From Lingula anatina (taxonomy: Eukaryota > Animalia > Brachiopoda), in contig CM120644.1 in the NCBI GenBank assembly GCA_051362555.1, positions 3,852,954-3,916,953 on the forward strand: 64,000 nucleotides of DNA, read 5' to 3'. Shown one piece after another: positions 11,913 through 24,306 of the stretch. A model generated the notes under the pieces. The model ran no database searches. It was not told the DNA's origin and saw nothing but the letters and a program-made list of their open reading frames with translations. Made by a program: the position numbers and the translations under genes. Positions within the stretch are counted from its first letter, which is position 1. The number at the start of each line of letters is the position of its first letter.

Positions 11913-13468
11913 TTGTAAAATTACATGCTGTTAAGGCTACGTGACCTAGTTGTGAAATGGCGCATAATAAGCACAGGAATAGTATGATAGGCCTGAGTTG
12001 TAAATATAGAGCGGGTTACATGTACCACCAGAAAAGTTGACAGTGATTCTCTAGGTAAGTTGTGTAATAGGTAATTTAACCCCTATAACCATTGCTGGCA
12101 GCGGAAAGTCTATATTGCTGTTCTGGGCCAACACAGATAGTCACTAAGGTTTGTCCATCGTGGTAAAATTTATTTCAATGAACACTTTTATATGAAAGTA
12201 TTTAAATCCAATGTCTCTGATAGAAAAGGTTGAATTAATCTTTGCCTCAGTTTTCGGCCTAGGGACCCAATGGTATTACATATACCGGTATGTAAGGTCA
12301 ACAACTGAGGCAATTTTCAATAACCATCAATTGGCTTATCTGCTAACCTATACATATATATAATACTAGCGTAGTGTTTTGAACCTATTGGTTATATAAA
12401 TATTCAATGGCTCTTGTAGTGGGTATTCAAATGACGAATTCATCATAATATCACATTCGTATAGATAAAACTGCTTTAATAACTCAATGTTTGACATTTG
12501 AATTCACTGAAATTGTTTAGTGTCTGAACCTCATGTAAATCCACTGGCTCAAGGTCTTGACCCAGGTGAAATTCTCCTGGCCTGAGCAAGTACATCATAC
12601 ATGTAAAAGCGACGTACAAGCGTGACGTATTTCTACAGTGTATAATGTAAGTGAATACATCCATTTGGCAATCGACTTGAATAAAAACGAAGGTACGCTT
12701 ATGAAGTTTAAACCACAGCGCCTTTATATAGCACTTTACAGTGCTTGAAGTCTGCTTGAAGGTACACTTAAAGAAAATTTCGGTCCTAATTTTTTTTCTG
12801 AGAAAAAAAAAAAAAAACGAATTGCGTTACCCATTGTTGATTTGTCTCTGTACTTGGGGTTCGGTGTTTTGCACTGTTTCGAATTATGAATTATGACTTG
12901 ATTCATTTATACCTAACATTTCAGGAGATATTTTCATTTTAGAGGGGATATTTGAAAACGTGTTTTACGTCTAAATAGGTCAAATAAGTGGTTTATATGG
13001 TATTTAATTAGACTACAAATATGACTTTGGGACATTATAGGAAGTGTTGTCAGTACGCTTGTCCCATACCCATAGGTAAACAAGAGCGAGGTAGTATAAA
13101 ATGGTCGTAACAGGCCATATATATCCTGTATAGTGAAAATTGATTTTCATCTAGCAGTTGCTGGGCGGTAAGCCGCATTGTAAATGGGGGTATAGTTGTA
13201 ACGGGGCCGGTGCGGTTGTTTGGCGTGTGCGCGAGGTTCGTAATAATGACACAACAGTCTAGGATAGGTTTCCCTATTAATACAGTTTATTACTTTAACC
13301 CGTTACATATACAGGGTCATCTAGCTCAGGTAGGCACAGCGCTACGGTAAGACAGTGACCCAATCGTTCCCTCGATCTAGGCTCTGATTGACCCGGCCGT
13401 CCTCAGTCCTCAGTCTCCCTCTCGTGCTCTCGGCGTTGCTGGTTACTCTGACGTCCCTGGGATCGGTC

Positions 13469-13692
13469 TAGCGTTAGTTCTCTGGTGTAGAAATCAGGAC
13501 GCTCCTTTATACTGAATTTTGAGGGTGAGGTCACTGTTTACCGTGCCTGATGGTCACAGGATAATTCTCCTTATATAAATGGTTACTAGTTATACTGGCT
13601 ACTTGGCCTTAAACTTCTATTCTATATTATGCTCGTTGATAAAACAATACTTTCACCCGTAATTAATGATTAATAAACATAATACTGGGTGC

Positions 13693-13700
<8 letters not shown>
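13469..13700. repeat. ~232-bp direct repeat flanking the LINE (partner 16769-17000)
   Basis: Same sequence at an offset of exactly 3300, with 4 substitutions counted by eye. Confidence 0.92.
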
Positions 13701-13730
<30 letters not shown>

Positions 13731-13746
<16 letters not shown>

Positions 13747-16700
13747 ATTGACACAATACATCAAGAAAACATGACAATACAAACAAACAGACACTCGCTC
13801 ACACACTCACACATAAGAGATGTTATACTATATAACACTTTTTAGTTAATTACATCGTCGTACGCTAAATCTTCAAATTGAAAATAACTTAATTATATTT
13901 GAATTGTACTGGCAGATTGACTTATCTGTTTTCACCATATATCTAAGCGATGAAAACAAACCTCCTAATGTTGGTTTACCCTGTGAACATCTTCTTAAAT
14001 AAATATAAAATTTAAATTGCAACATAATGAGATTAATAATTGGAGAGAGGCTCAAAGAGCCGACTAAGCAATTCCTTTTTGAGACAGGTAGAGTAACTTG
14101 AGTATTAGATAATATATATTCTACCAAGTCGGTCAATAATTTTTGGGTAACCGCACAATTCCAGAATAAATGCTCAGTTGTTTCTTCAGCTCCTTTGCAA
14201 AGGGAACATATACTGCTGTCGACCATTTTATATTTGAAAAGCAGTGAATTTGTGGTAAGGATATTATGATTAATTCGAAATTGGAACCAGTGAAGCTTTG
14301 AATCTTTTGTTATTGTGAAAGGAAGTTCGAAAATCTTCGGGCATTCATTTTCCTCCAAATTTAACAACTCCTTCCATTTATTCATACCTTTTGACATCTC
14401 AAGAACACCTACTTTACTTAAAGTTTTATAATAAATCTTTGAGCCTTTTGAACAACCTGACAGCAACAATATATGATCAGGAATTAAAGGAGTGGCAATT
14501 TTACTTAATTTTTCAGGAATACCACCAAGCCATTCTTTTATGGCTGAGATAATTCCATTGTATTCGACAAAATTTGTGTCAATACCGTGGATATCCCTGA
14601 ACGCAGTGAAGTCATAGAACTCTCCAGAGTCCAGGAGTAGATCATTAACAAATCTAATGTTTTTGTCATACCACGATGTATAGAAGACAGGTTTATTTCC
14701 AATAAGTATATTTTCATTTAGAAAGAGTGGAATGTTACCAAAATCCTTGATTTTATTGGCCATTATTATACCACAGAGTTCTTTCCAGGCTGCTAAGGCA
14801 TCAATCCAGAATCTATTTTTTATGTTTTTCAAGATTTTTGAGATATATTCTGTACCACATGTGATTAGTTTTTCAGTGTCTACATATTTAGATATAATAT
14901 TTTTCCATTCTTTATTTTCGAACATAAGTCTTCTTACCCACGGAATTTTTAAAGATTTTATAAAATGCCTCACGCTTACCATCCTCAAGCCCCCAGCTTT
15001 ATAATCTCTTATAATGATATTTCTTTTAATTTTATCAGGTTTATTATTCCAAAGAAAAGAAAAAAGACACTTTTCTAATTCTTTAATCTGTTTTTCCTCT
15101 GGGTTTGGGAGCGATATAAATATATGATTCAATACCTTTATTACTGTTATTTTACCAATTGGTGTTATATTTCTTACTCTCCACTGATTAAATATTTTTT
15201 TCATGGAAGTTAATTTGGTCTCCATATTTTGCTTCGTTATCTTACCTAAATCTACGTCAAATTCTATCCCTAGCATTTTGAAACTAGTTTTTCCCCAATC
15301 TAATCTATATTTTGGGCAGAGGATATCTTTAGAGTATCGCTTTGACCCAATCCATATAACTTCAGTTTTAGAGAGATTAATATGCAGACCGGAGATCTTC
15401 GAAAATTTATCCAAGACAAACATACATTCATTCAGTGACTTTTCACTCCCGTCAAGTATAAGAGTAGTGTCATCTGCATATAATGAAAATTTTAATTCTT
15501 TTGCACCTATATTAATACCCTATATATTGTCATTGTTTCGTATAAGCGCTGCCAATATTTCGGCGCATAGAATAAAGAGAGAGGGTGAGAGGGGATCCCC
15601 CTGACGGCATCCTCTATTAATTTTAAAGAATTCCGACATATTCCCCCCTTGATTTACTGTAGCAGAGATGTCATTGTAGAACAATGATACCCATCTCCTG
15701 ACTGAATCACCAAAGTTAAAAAAGGTCAGAACCTTTTGAATGAATGACCAAGACAAGGAATCGAATGCCTTTTCAAAGTCAATTAATAACAGTAACCCAA
15801 GAATATTTTCTTCCTCAGTATACTGCATTATATCGTATATAAGTCGCGTGTTCTCTCCGATATATCTGCCAGCCATGAATCCGGTTTGTTCCGGATATAT
15901 TAATTTATCTAACACTAGTTTTACCCTAGCAGCTGTCGAACCCGAGGCGATCTTGTATATAGTATTGAGAAGTGATATGGGGCGCCAGTTTTTAAGAAAG
16001 TGGCGTGGTTTATCTCCCTTCGGGAGGCAAGTGATTATACCTTGTTTTTGCGTCACCGATAACTGGCCAGTTTCGTAAGCAAAATTAATTGACCTGACAA
16101 CAAAAGAGCTTAGTTGTCTCCAAAATACCTTATAAAATTCAACTGAAAAGCCGTCAGTTCCCGGGGATTTGTTCGATTTCATTTTAGATAATGTTTGTGC
16201 TGCTTCTTCCTCCGTAATGGGCCCTTCCAATTCTGCGGCTTCCAGATTGCCGAGTTTATAAACATCGTTAAGGGTTACCTCATTATCTAGGTTAACATCT
16301 TCTATGTTATGCTCCCGGCATGCATACAGATTTTCATAAAATTGTTTGGTATTTTCTAGTATCTTCCCCTGGTTAACAATAATTGTGCCATCGTCTAGCT
16401 GAATTCTTGGAATCAGTTTATTGGTAAAATTTCTCGATTCTAGACCACAAAAATATTTAGTTGGTTTTTCGCCTTCCTCCACCCACTTAGCTCTAGATCT
16501 TATAAATGCGCCTTGTAATTTTTCTTTTCGTACTTCCTCCAATTCTTTTTGCTTTTGTCTTAAAGTCTGAATATTGGCCTCGCAAGTTATATTTTCTAAA
16601 AGTTCAATTTCCTTAACTAACTTCTTTTCTATTTCTGACTTTTTCTTTTTTTGGTAAGACGCATACGAAATTGTCTTACCCCTAATTTCCATCAAAAGAG

Positions 16701-16768
16701 TTTCAAAAAATAGCTGATCATTTACCGTAAAATGGATTTCTCTGTCCGGTATATTTTGGAAGTATTTT
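13731..16768 (-). mobile_element. 5'-truncated Tx1/L1-clade LINE; ORF2 (RT plus CCHC zinc finger) with one in-frame stop
   Basis: ORFs 16695-15520 and 15423-13873 are in the same frame, separated by TAG. Motifs KSPGTDG, NWRPISLL, DFEKAFDS, GCRQGDPLS, YADD (15469-15480) and CxxC..ETTEHLFWNC. AATAAA-poly(A) tail at 13731-13749 abuts (TA)n. No endonuclease domain. Confidence 0.93.
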
Positions 16769-17362
16769 TAGCGTTAGTTCTCTGGTGTAGAAATCAGGAC
16801 GCTCCTTTATACTGAATTTTGAGGGTGAGGTCACTGTTTACCGTGCCTGATGGTCACAGGATAATTATCCTTATATAAATGGTTACTAGTTATACTGGCT
16901 ACTTGGCCTTAAACTTCTATTCTATATTATGCTCGTTGATAAAACAATACTTTCACCCTTAATTGATGATTAATAAACATAATACTGGGCGCTTAATATA
17001 ATATATGTGCGGCCCTTCGAATGTATAATCTTATAAGGCTCGATGGTCACATTTGCATCTCCAGTTAAGGTAGCACCGTCCAACACCGACTTTCAAGATA
17101 GCTTAAGATTTCTCTGTACCTTTGAGAGATTAAAGGATAATCACTTAGAATTGCTCTTGTAGAAAATCTGAGATAGAGATAGAGATGACAGCGGTGTGAC
17201 TAATATATTCCCAAGAAGCCAGGTGTGGCATTGGCCTATTACACAAAAGGTTTAATTGCTAAATATTACGTAAAGGTTCATCTTGCTACCAACTGCGTTA
17301 CATAGTTATACTTGCATATTTTTTTTCAGTTTTTGATCGGATTAGTTTTTGCTGTCTTTCAG

Positions 17363-19529
17363 ATGAAAATAGGCAGTGTGACGGTGACGCTGGTTGCTAC
17401 CAGTATATGTCTTCTAGGACTATACCAGCTACTGTCTGGGATAACATGGCTGCGCTACAATGGATTCCTGAGACTCGTACCGAGCTTTAGATTCTATTTC
17501 AAGTTGAGAAGAGATCACATGAAGTCCAAGTGTCATGTGCAAGATTCACAGTCAATAACGTGCAAAAACACGACAGTGAGGAGACTAGATCCGTCGCATC
17601 CCTCCGTTCTGCCATATATTCCCCATTTTCCGCCGCTCAAATGTAGACGACAGGCATCGGTGGTTGAAAGTAAAGTTGACAGAGAAGGATATTTGACGCT
17701 AATTATAATCAAAAACAATTCCAGGCTAACCGACAGCGTGCAGTGCTATTTTCAATACATACGACACCCGACAAAACCTTACAAAGAGGACGAGGCATTT
17801 GTTTTAAGTAAAAGGATTTCTTTACCCCCAGAAAACAGAGTAAAACTTCAGGAAGATTTCGTGTATGTTTCTTGCATTAACAGAGCCGGATACAAAGTCT
17901 ATGAAAATTTCCATCTCCACATGGTAAAAAGAGATGAGCCTATTTCCAAAAAATACTCTGAAACAACGGGAAAACAACCGAGGCTGAATGTGTTAATTAT
18001 GGTCAACGACGGAGTGTCGTTATCTAGCGCCGCTCGATATATTCCAAAAACGCTTCAATATCTGTCCAATGAAATGAACGGGACCATCTTTACCGGGTTT
18101 CATGCACTGGGTGAGAATTCGTTGCCTAATATATTTCCGGTTCTGACAGGATTACCCCATTCTGAGGCCAGTATCGATGCTCCGTTCATATGGAAACATT
18201 TCTCAGAGCAGGGTTACAAGACGTTTTACTTGGAAGACACAATAACAGCCACGATCAGTTATATAGGAGATGGGTTCGCTAAACCACCAACAGACTACTA
18301 CACACATCCATTCTGGGTGGCAATGGAAAATTCGTCCTTGTATTGGGACTCACAGACTTTCTGTCTTGGTGATATGCCTATACATCGCATTGCAATTAAA
18401 TATTTGGCCAATTACGTGGAAAAACACCGATACCAGTCATATTTTGCTCTTTATTTTCTTAATGCAATAAGTCATCATTCAGACACGGTTATTCAGTTGG
18501 GAGATGAGGATTATCGAGACTTTTTAATAGACCAAAAGAGAATAGGCCATTTTAACAACACGATAATGCTATTTATGAGTGACCATGGTTCAAGGTACTT
18601 TCTCTCTCTCTCTCTCCCTCTCTTTCTCTCTCACTCTCAAACACACGCGTGCGCGCGCTCATACCTACACAGTCGCACACTTGCAATCACGCACTTACAC
18701 ATTTGCTAGCAAAAAATCATGTTTTGAGTCCCAATTAAGACAGGCAACTTTTTTGCACTCTATGAATACTCCAATTTTTTGTTATTCAAGGTTTGGGAGG
18801 ATACGCTCCACCCCTATTGGTCACCTGGAAGCCAGAAACCCTATGCTAATAATGGTTCTGCCACCATGGCTCAGGCAGCAGTATCCGCACATAGCAGCAG
18901 CTGTGAACTCGAATGCAGATCGACTGGTTACTCCATACGATATCCACGCCACGCTGCTGGATATCCTTCACTCGCGTTTACCAACTGTCACAGAGAGTAC
19001 CGATGGCAAAAAACATGAAGGCGGATCAGGGAAAGGATTAAGTTTGTTCCGAAATCTCCCCATCAGAAGGACGTGTGCCTCAGCAGGTATACCAGAAGAC
19101 ACCTGCACTTTATGTACACCACTGGAACCAACTTTTCTAGATGTCAATTCTCAGAAAGCACACTTAATTGCCAGCACCGTATTGACCAGAATAAATGACA
19201 TCATCAATGCGACATCTGAGTGCGACTTCCTACACATTTCAAAGATTATCTATATCGCCATGATATCTGACAAGAGACCCTGTTTTACTTATAGTGTAAT
19301 TATTAAGACAGTACCAGGGAGGGGAATATTTGAAGCTTCCGTGCGTGAAACGACGGCAACGGCTTCTGTCTCCATAGAGAGCCCATACTTTGTTATCACC
19401 CCAGTCATACGACTCAGTCTCTACGACAGCAACTGTTGCTGCACCGAAGACAATAGTATGAATAAGTATTGTCACTGTAAAATGACAACAAAACCAATGC
19501 GCAGAAAAGCCATCCCTAACGGACATTAA
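17363..19529 (+). CDS. DUF229-family protein (alkaline phosphatase/sulfatase superfamily, N-terminal anchor), copy A; exons 17363-18594, 18791-19529; 656 aa
   Basis: Motifs LNVLIMVNDGVS, GENSLPN, FIWKHFSEQGYKT..ED, PTDYYTHPF, SHH, DEDY, MSDHGSR|FG, EARNP, RLVTPYDIHATL, GLSLF..LP..RTCASAGIPE..C. A 196-nt GT..AG intron joins the two ORFs in frame. Confidence 0.85.
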
Positions 19530-19778
19530 AAAAAAATCCGAGTGCAATGAAATTGACAGTTCACCTGGCACTGCATTTACCACCAGCTACATTTGTTTCA
19601 AAAACTAGTAAAACGATTTTATAATAGTAAGATTACGGCCTATACTTAGTAATTCCATTGTTTTTTTAAATTTTACTACTGCGTATATATTGACATTATA
19701 AGTTGTATTGTTTCTAATTCATTAACCAATCTAAATGAGAGTTGAGAGTCGAAAGAGTTAATGTTTTGTACCAAATTA

Positions 19779-20100
19779 AAGGGATTGCAACTCTTAGTAT
19801 GAAATTCATATTTCATAAATGAATAAATTATAAACAGCTAAAAAATATATAATAAATTGCACCAAAACCGCTGTTATCGCAATTATTCAGGAATTTGTGC
19901 TTGACATCAGACAACATGGACCTTCATAGATGGCTATACCTCCGCCATAATCTCTTATTAGATTATGAAAAACTAATTGCAAAAAAAGGGGCCTAACTCT
20001 AAATGTAGGAATGGTTTCATGAACCATTGGTTAGTACCGTATAAGAAAATTGTCGTTTACCTCGGGACAATCCGTTTTTTTGTCAAAACGAACAATTGCT
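19779..20100. mobile_element. Older copy of the Kolobok-like MITE family (paralogue ~35350-35670)
   Basis: TTAAAGGGATTGCAACTCTT start and internal similarity to 46068-46396. Confidence 0.5.
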
Positions 20101-21880
20101 GTCACGTGGCTGACCTATAGTAAATAGCAGTCACTCAGAGGGGTAGTTGTAGTGACTGCCTTTTTGTCTCAAAGGCAGTCATAAAGATGGCACCATATCA
20201 TGGCAGAATCTGACGAAAATGTTGCTCAGTGATGATGAGAGGCTGTTGGAGCAGACAACAAGCCTCATAAAATATTGCGTTGGTTTCATCTCTGTACTTG
20301 GTGGAGTTGACTCCAAGCTTTAATTTTATCATTTAATTGCACTAAGCTGTAACTGGATCATCGGCCTGAACTTGTATTTGATACATTGTGACTTATCGAC
20401 TGAGGCAATTCATTACATCCTGCCCACGCCCTCTGCCCCTCCTCCCCCGAAACAGCCTCTTCCAGCATCCTTGCAGTGGCTTACCAGTCATATCTGACAA
20501 AAGTTCTCCCCTTTTTGGTTACAGGATGTTAGTGCCTTTCGTGATGTTCTTCCTCGTGATCATAATCACTTGCCCTCTAGCTCTGGTCCCCAGATTATTC
20601 TTGTTCAGGTTTCCATCGATGACCACTAATTGTGTTTTGGCATTATAATGTGATATCCACTCCGAATATAATTGACTACCATTTCATAGGGGACAATTTA
20701 GGAACAATTTCTGGTTGCCTGATGCAAATGCCGGTTCGTACAGTGCACACCTAATCGAAGATAACTTACAGAACCAAGGAAATGGGCAGCTACCGTGACC
20801 ATCAAAACACGATTTTAATCCTTTATTCATTTATCAGTAAGAAAAAAATTAAAAACGGCTTGCAAGAAAAAAAATACATTTTAAATGTCAAGTCTGTACA
20901 TTCACATCCATATGTACATTTTCAACGGCACCTACTGGTGCGTGGTCTTCATTTGATATCATATTCTATGATGCAACTTCAATTAGTCGAGAGGACGTGA
21001 ATGTGCTGTAACACAAGGTAATGTTATGAGCTAAGGTATCTCCAATGTTAAGTTAATAACAGTATGATATGTTCAGGTAGGGTTTTAACAACATGGGGGG
21101 GGGGTGAATGGAGGTGGTACTGGAGGTAGGTGAGTGTAGACATTGTGAACTTTTTTAAAAAAGACAAGGAAGACGCTCAAAATAATATAAACACGCAATT
21201 ACTACATATCTATCTCGACTAAAATGAGCCTATCAAAAATGGCACAGGTGCCTAGTTGAACGCACCGGTGTTAAATTTTATTGTGCATCGGAAGGCTGTC
21301 TCTAAAATCAGGGTTTCAATAGCTCAGATCCTGGCCATAATTTATGGGGTCATGTGGGACCAAGAAGACATAACAAACAGACTCAGACCGCGCCCTTGTC
21401 CAGTGGGAATACACTTTCTTTTTTTACCAAACTGCTTTCCTCGGCCTCTGTCATTCGATGGTAATTGCCTACGTACACTGTGCTGTGGTTGATTTAACAT
21501 TAAACTGCATTTGATTAGATGTGTAGAATTGCTTTATCCATCGAATAGCAACGTAGATGCGATATAGATGGAAGAAATGTGTAGGGGAACAAAATGTTTC
21601 TGTTATGTTAAAGTAGACAAAATTTATCTCTCAGTGCCGTTTCCATATTGTGCTTCACAGGGTCAGGTCAGACTGTATCTTAAGTTCAATATTTCTTTTC
21701 ATTCAAATGGAGTTTAGGAGGTATCTTGAACCGAAATTGACCAATGGTCCATTCATCTTGTGAAACCGTATCCAGGAGTATATGTATATGGATGCTTGCT
21801 TCTAGTTAGTTTACATGTTTGTTTGTTTTAAATTTGTAGGTTGTGATCCTTGGTTATTTGCAGTGGTGCGACATTTGAAT

Positions 21881-22902
21881 ATGAAACGAACATTAAGAAG
21901 AAACCCGTTCACACTCTTTGCTATAAGTATAATCATACTACTGCTGGTTGTGAACTATAGCTTGAAGCAAAGATGCACGGTATCAGTGGAGAAACAGCTG
22001 GTAGGCCTACTTTGTTTATAATGTTGACAACATGGATTATATTTCCTTCTTATAACTATATTTGATGAGAACCTTTGCTTTTGTTTCAAGGTAAAATACG
22101 CTTATTGATCTAGCTGAAACACGCAATTTCAGTTATTATATTATTTAAAAGGACGTAACAGGCCGTACAGGCATACAAAATACGATTATCATAAAACTAA
22201 CTTATTACGAAGAATACAACTGCATGAGGAAATTTGTTTTAGGTATATTTCTTCCGCTGTACTTAGTAATGTTATGTGACCGTAGCTTTGGGTTCTGATG
22301 CATGAATGGCACAATCAGCACGAGTTCTGTATTGAAATTGCCACTTATGCCCACCCAAACCATAACACTGTGTCAACTGCAATGATCAATGACACGAACC
22401 CTGCCCAGAGCAATAATTCCATGATGTCAGCGTGGCATTCAGTTTCCTAAGCTTGGTTTTTCTGGTTTGATTCCAGCGTCCAATAGTATTGACTGTGGAC
22501 AACTGACTGATGTACCTACGACTTTTGACTCATTTGTGTCCGGATAAGAAGTATTCAAATCTCGGGCTAGCTCTCAAATTGAACAAGCTGTGGCCGATGC
22601 CATGCTTAAACTTCAGGAATCCTAAAAAAGGAGTGCCGTTTAAGAACACTGGTAGCAGCCAGAAAATAATAATAATTACTATTTGAATACATATTTGGGT
22701 TTAAAGGGTTGTTGCATGACTAAATATCAGTTATTTATTATGTTTGTTTAATTAAGGTTGTTCAATTGAAGATCTAGTTTCACAGTGAAACTAGAGAGAT
22801 GATTAAAAAAGTTAAAACAGGATTTGAATCCTTGTTTTCATTTATCAGTCATAATTAACGGACAAACCGAAGAAAAATGATTTAAAAAAATATTCAATAT
22901 TA

Positions 22903-23000
<98 letters not shown>

Positions 23001-23976
23001 TCTTTGAATTTACAGTAAACAACAAGATGCATTAAATCTTCGCAGCATAGAATACATGATAAACATTAAGTAATTTTGTCATCGTTTCAGGGAACAGCAA
23101 AATGGGTTACTTACGGGATGATACAGACAGCACCCATTCCTTCCCACCTTGTGGTCAAATCTGCAATTTTTCCATGCATAAGAAAAAAGAAGACCTTTTC
23201 CTAAGAAAAGACTTCAACTGTAAGGATTTATTTCTCAGATTAAAGAATCCACCCGGGAAAGTTTTCATACCGCCCCTGAGAGAGCCGCCACCAGAGCTGC
23301 TTCTGGATTTCACAGAGAATGGCAGTTTGATGTGGAGTTCTAATTACAGGGATGGCACACGTAAAGGTCGATAGGTACACCGTAAATCGGAAGAAATCAG
23401 AACTCTCCTGGCTGATGATAAGGTGAAGAACAATATGACATTCAGGGCGTTGGCTACAAGCAGGTTCTCTCCAAATACCAAGATCAACTGAAAGGCAAGT
23501 CAGGAATGGTCATTGGAAGTATAAATCCTTGGGTTGAAGTTATTTTATTAAATCTTGGTGTAAAACACGTGACAACTGTTGATTACAACCCTGTTTTCTT
23601 CGACCACCCACAGCTGTCTTTCGAGTTTATGCCAGATCTAGCGGATAAAATCACCAAGAAACAATCGCTGTTAATGGAATTTGCTGCTTCGTTTTCTTCT
23701 TTGGAAGACTCTGGTCTTGGTCGCTACGGGGACCCCATCAATCCACATGGCGACCTGGAGGCAGCAGCTCAAATATGGTGCATGCTTAAGCCAGGTGCTT
23801 TGTTTTATCTAGGTATACCAGTCAACTTTGGCACTCCGGAGGGCTGGTTGGTATTTAAAGCACATCGTATATATGGGGAAGCTCGGATTAAACAGATCAC
23901 TGCAAATTATGAGGTACTCGAACGTACCCCGGTTGGTAGATTGCATGGTGTCTTTGTCTTAAGAAAAGGGCTTTAA
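21881..23976 (+). pseudogene. DUF268 copy 3, pseudogene (exon 21881-22000; micro-exon deleted; exon 23091-23976)
   Basis: Premature TAG at 23372-23374; 7-nt deletion near 23430; SSLEH changed to SSLED; ~0.58-kb deletion near 22572 relative to copy 5 removes the micro-exon. Confidence 0.88.
22909..22999. repeat. (TA)n microsatellite (others ~5436-5460, 13697-13730, 24244-24302, 27542-27596, 39157-39198)
   Basis: Direct reading. Confidence 0.95.
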
Positions 23977-24241
23977 TAAAGATGAACAAAAACGTCAAGA
24001 CAGACACGTGACTTTACAGATCGCATTCTGATGCTGATTATTTAAATTAAAAGATATTCCGTGTCGTTTCTTTTAATCTGTGGCATTTTTTACTTTAATT
24101 GAAATCACTGTGGGGAAGCATATACTGTACATGTATGGGGGGATCCATGTTCTTAATTTGAATAAAGGGTATAAATACGGATATCTTCACCGTTATTTTG
24201 ACTTAAAGGCCTTATCGACAGGGGGTGGTAAGTGACACGAA

Positions 24242-24302
<61 letters not shown>

Positions 24303-24306
<4 letters not shown>

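Larger units (their letters stand above)
13197..17302 (-). mobile_element. Solo LTR (Gypsy-like, ~0.8 kb without the nested insert) interrupted by a LINE
   Basis: TGTAACG...CGTTACA termini, 4-bp TSD TAGT (13193-13196; 17303-17306). The paralogous site near 32895 is empty (GGGGGTACAGTTATACTTGC). Minus-strand TATAAA (13506-13511) and AATAAA (13286-13291) give the orientation. Confidence 0.8.
5497..24240 (+). repeat. Segmental duplication unit A (DUF268 copy 2 - DUF229-A - DUF268 copy 3); boundaries approximate
   Basis: Collinear similarity to 25766-40440, starting ATCTAACTCGGGTA...TGAACTCAGGTTC. Unit A additionally carries the 4.1-kb LTR/LINE insertion. Confidence 0.85.

Noticed and set aside
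14732-16078. Plus-strand ORFs opposite the LINE, and antisense ORFs opposite DUF268/DUF229
   Set aside because: Shadow frames with no recognisable motifs.
18579-18790. DUF229 as two overlapping genes or a programmed frameshift
   Set aside because: A GT..AG intron containing (CT)n joins both ORFs in frame in both copies.
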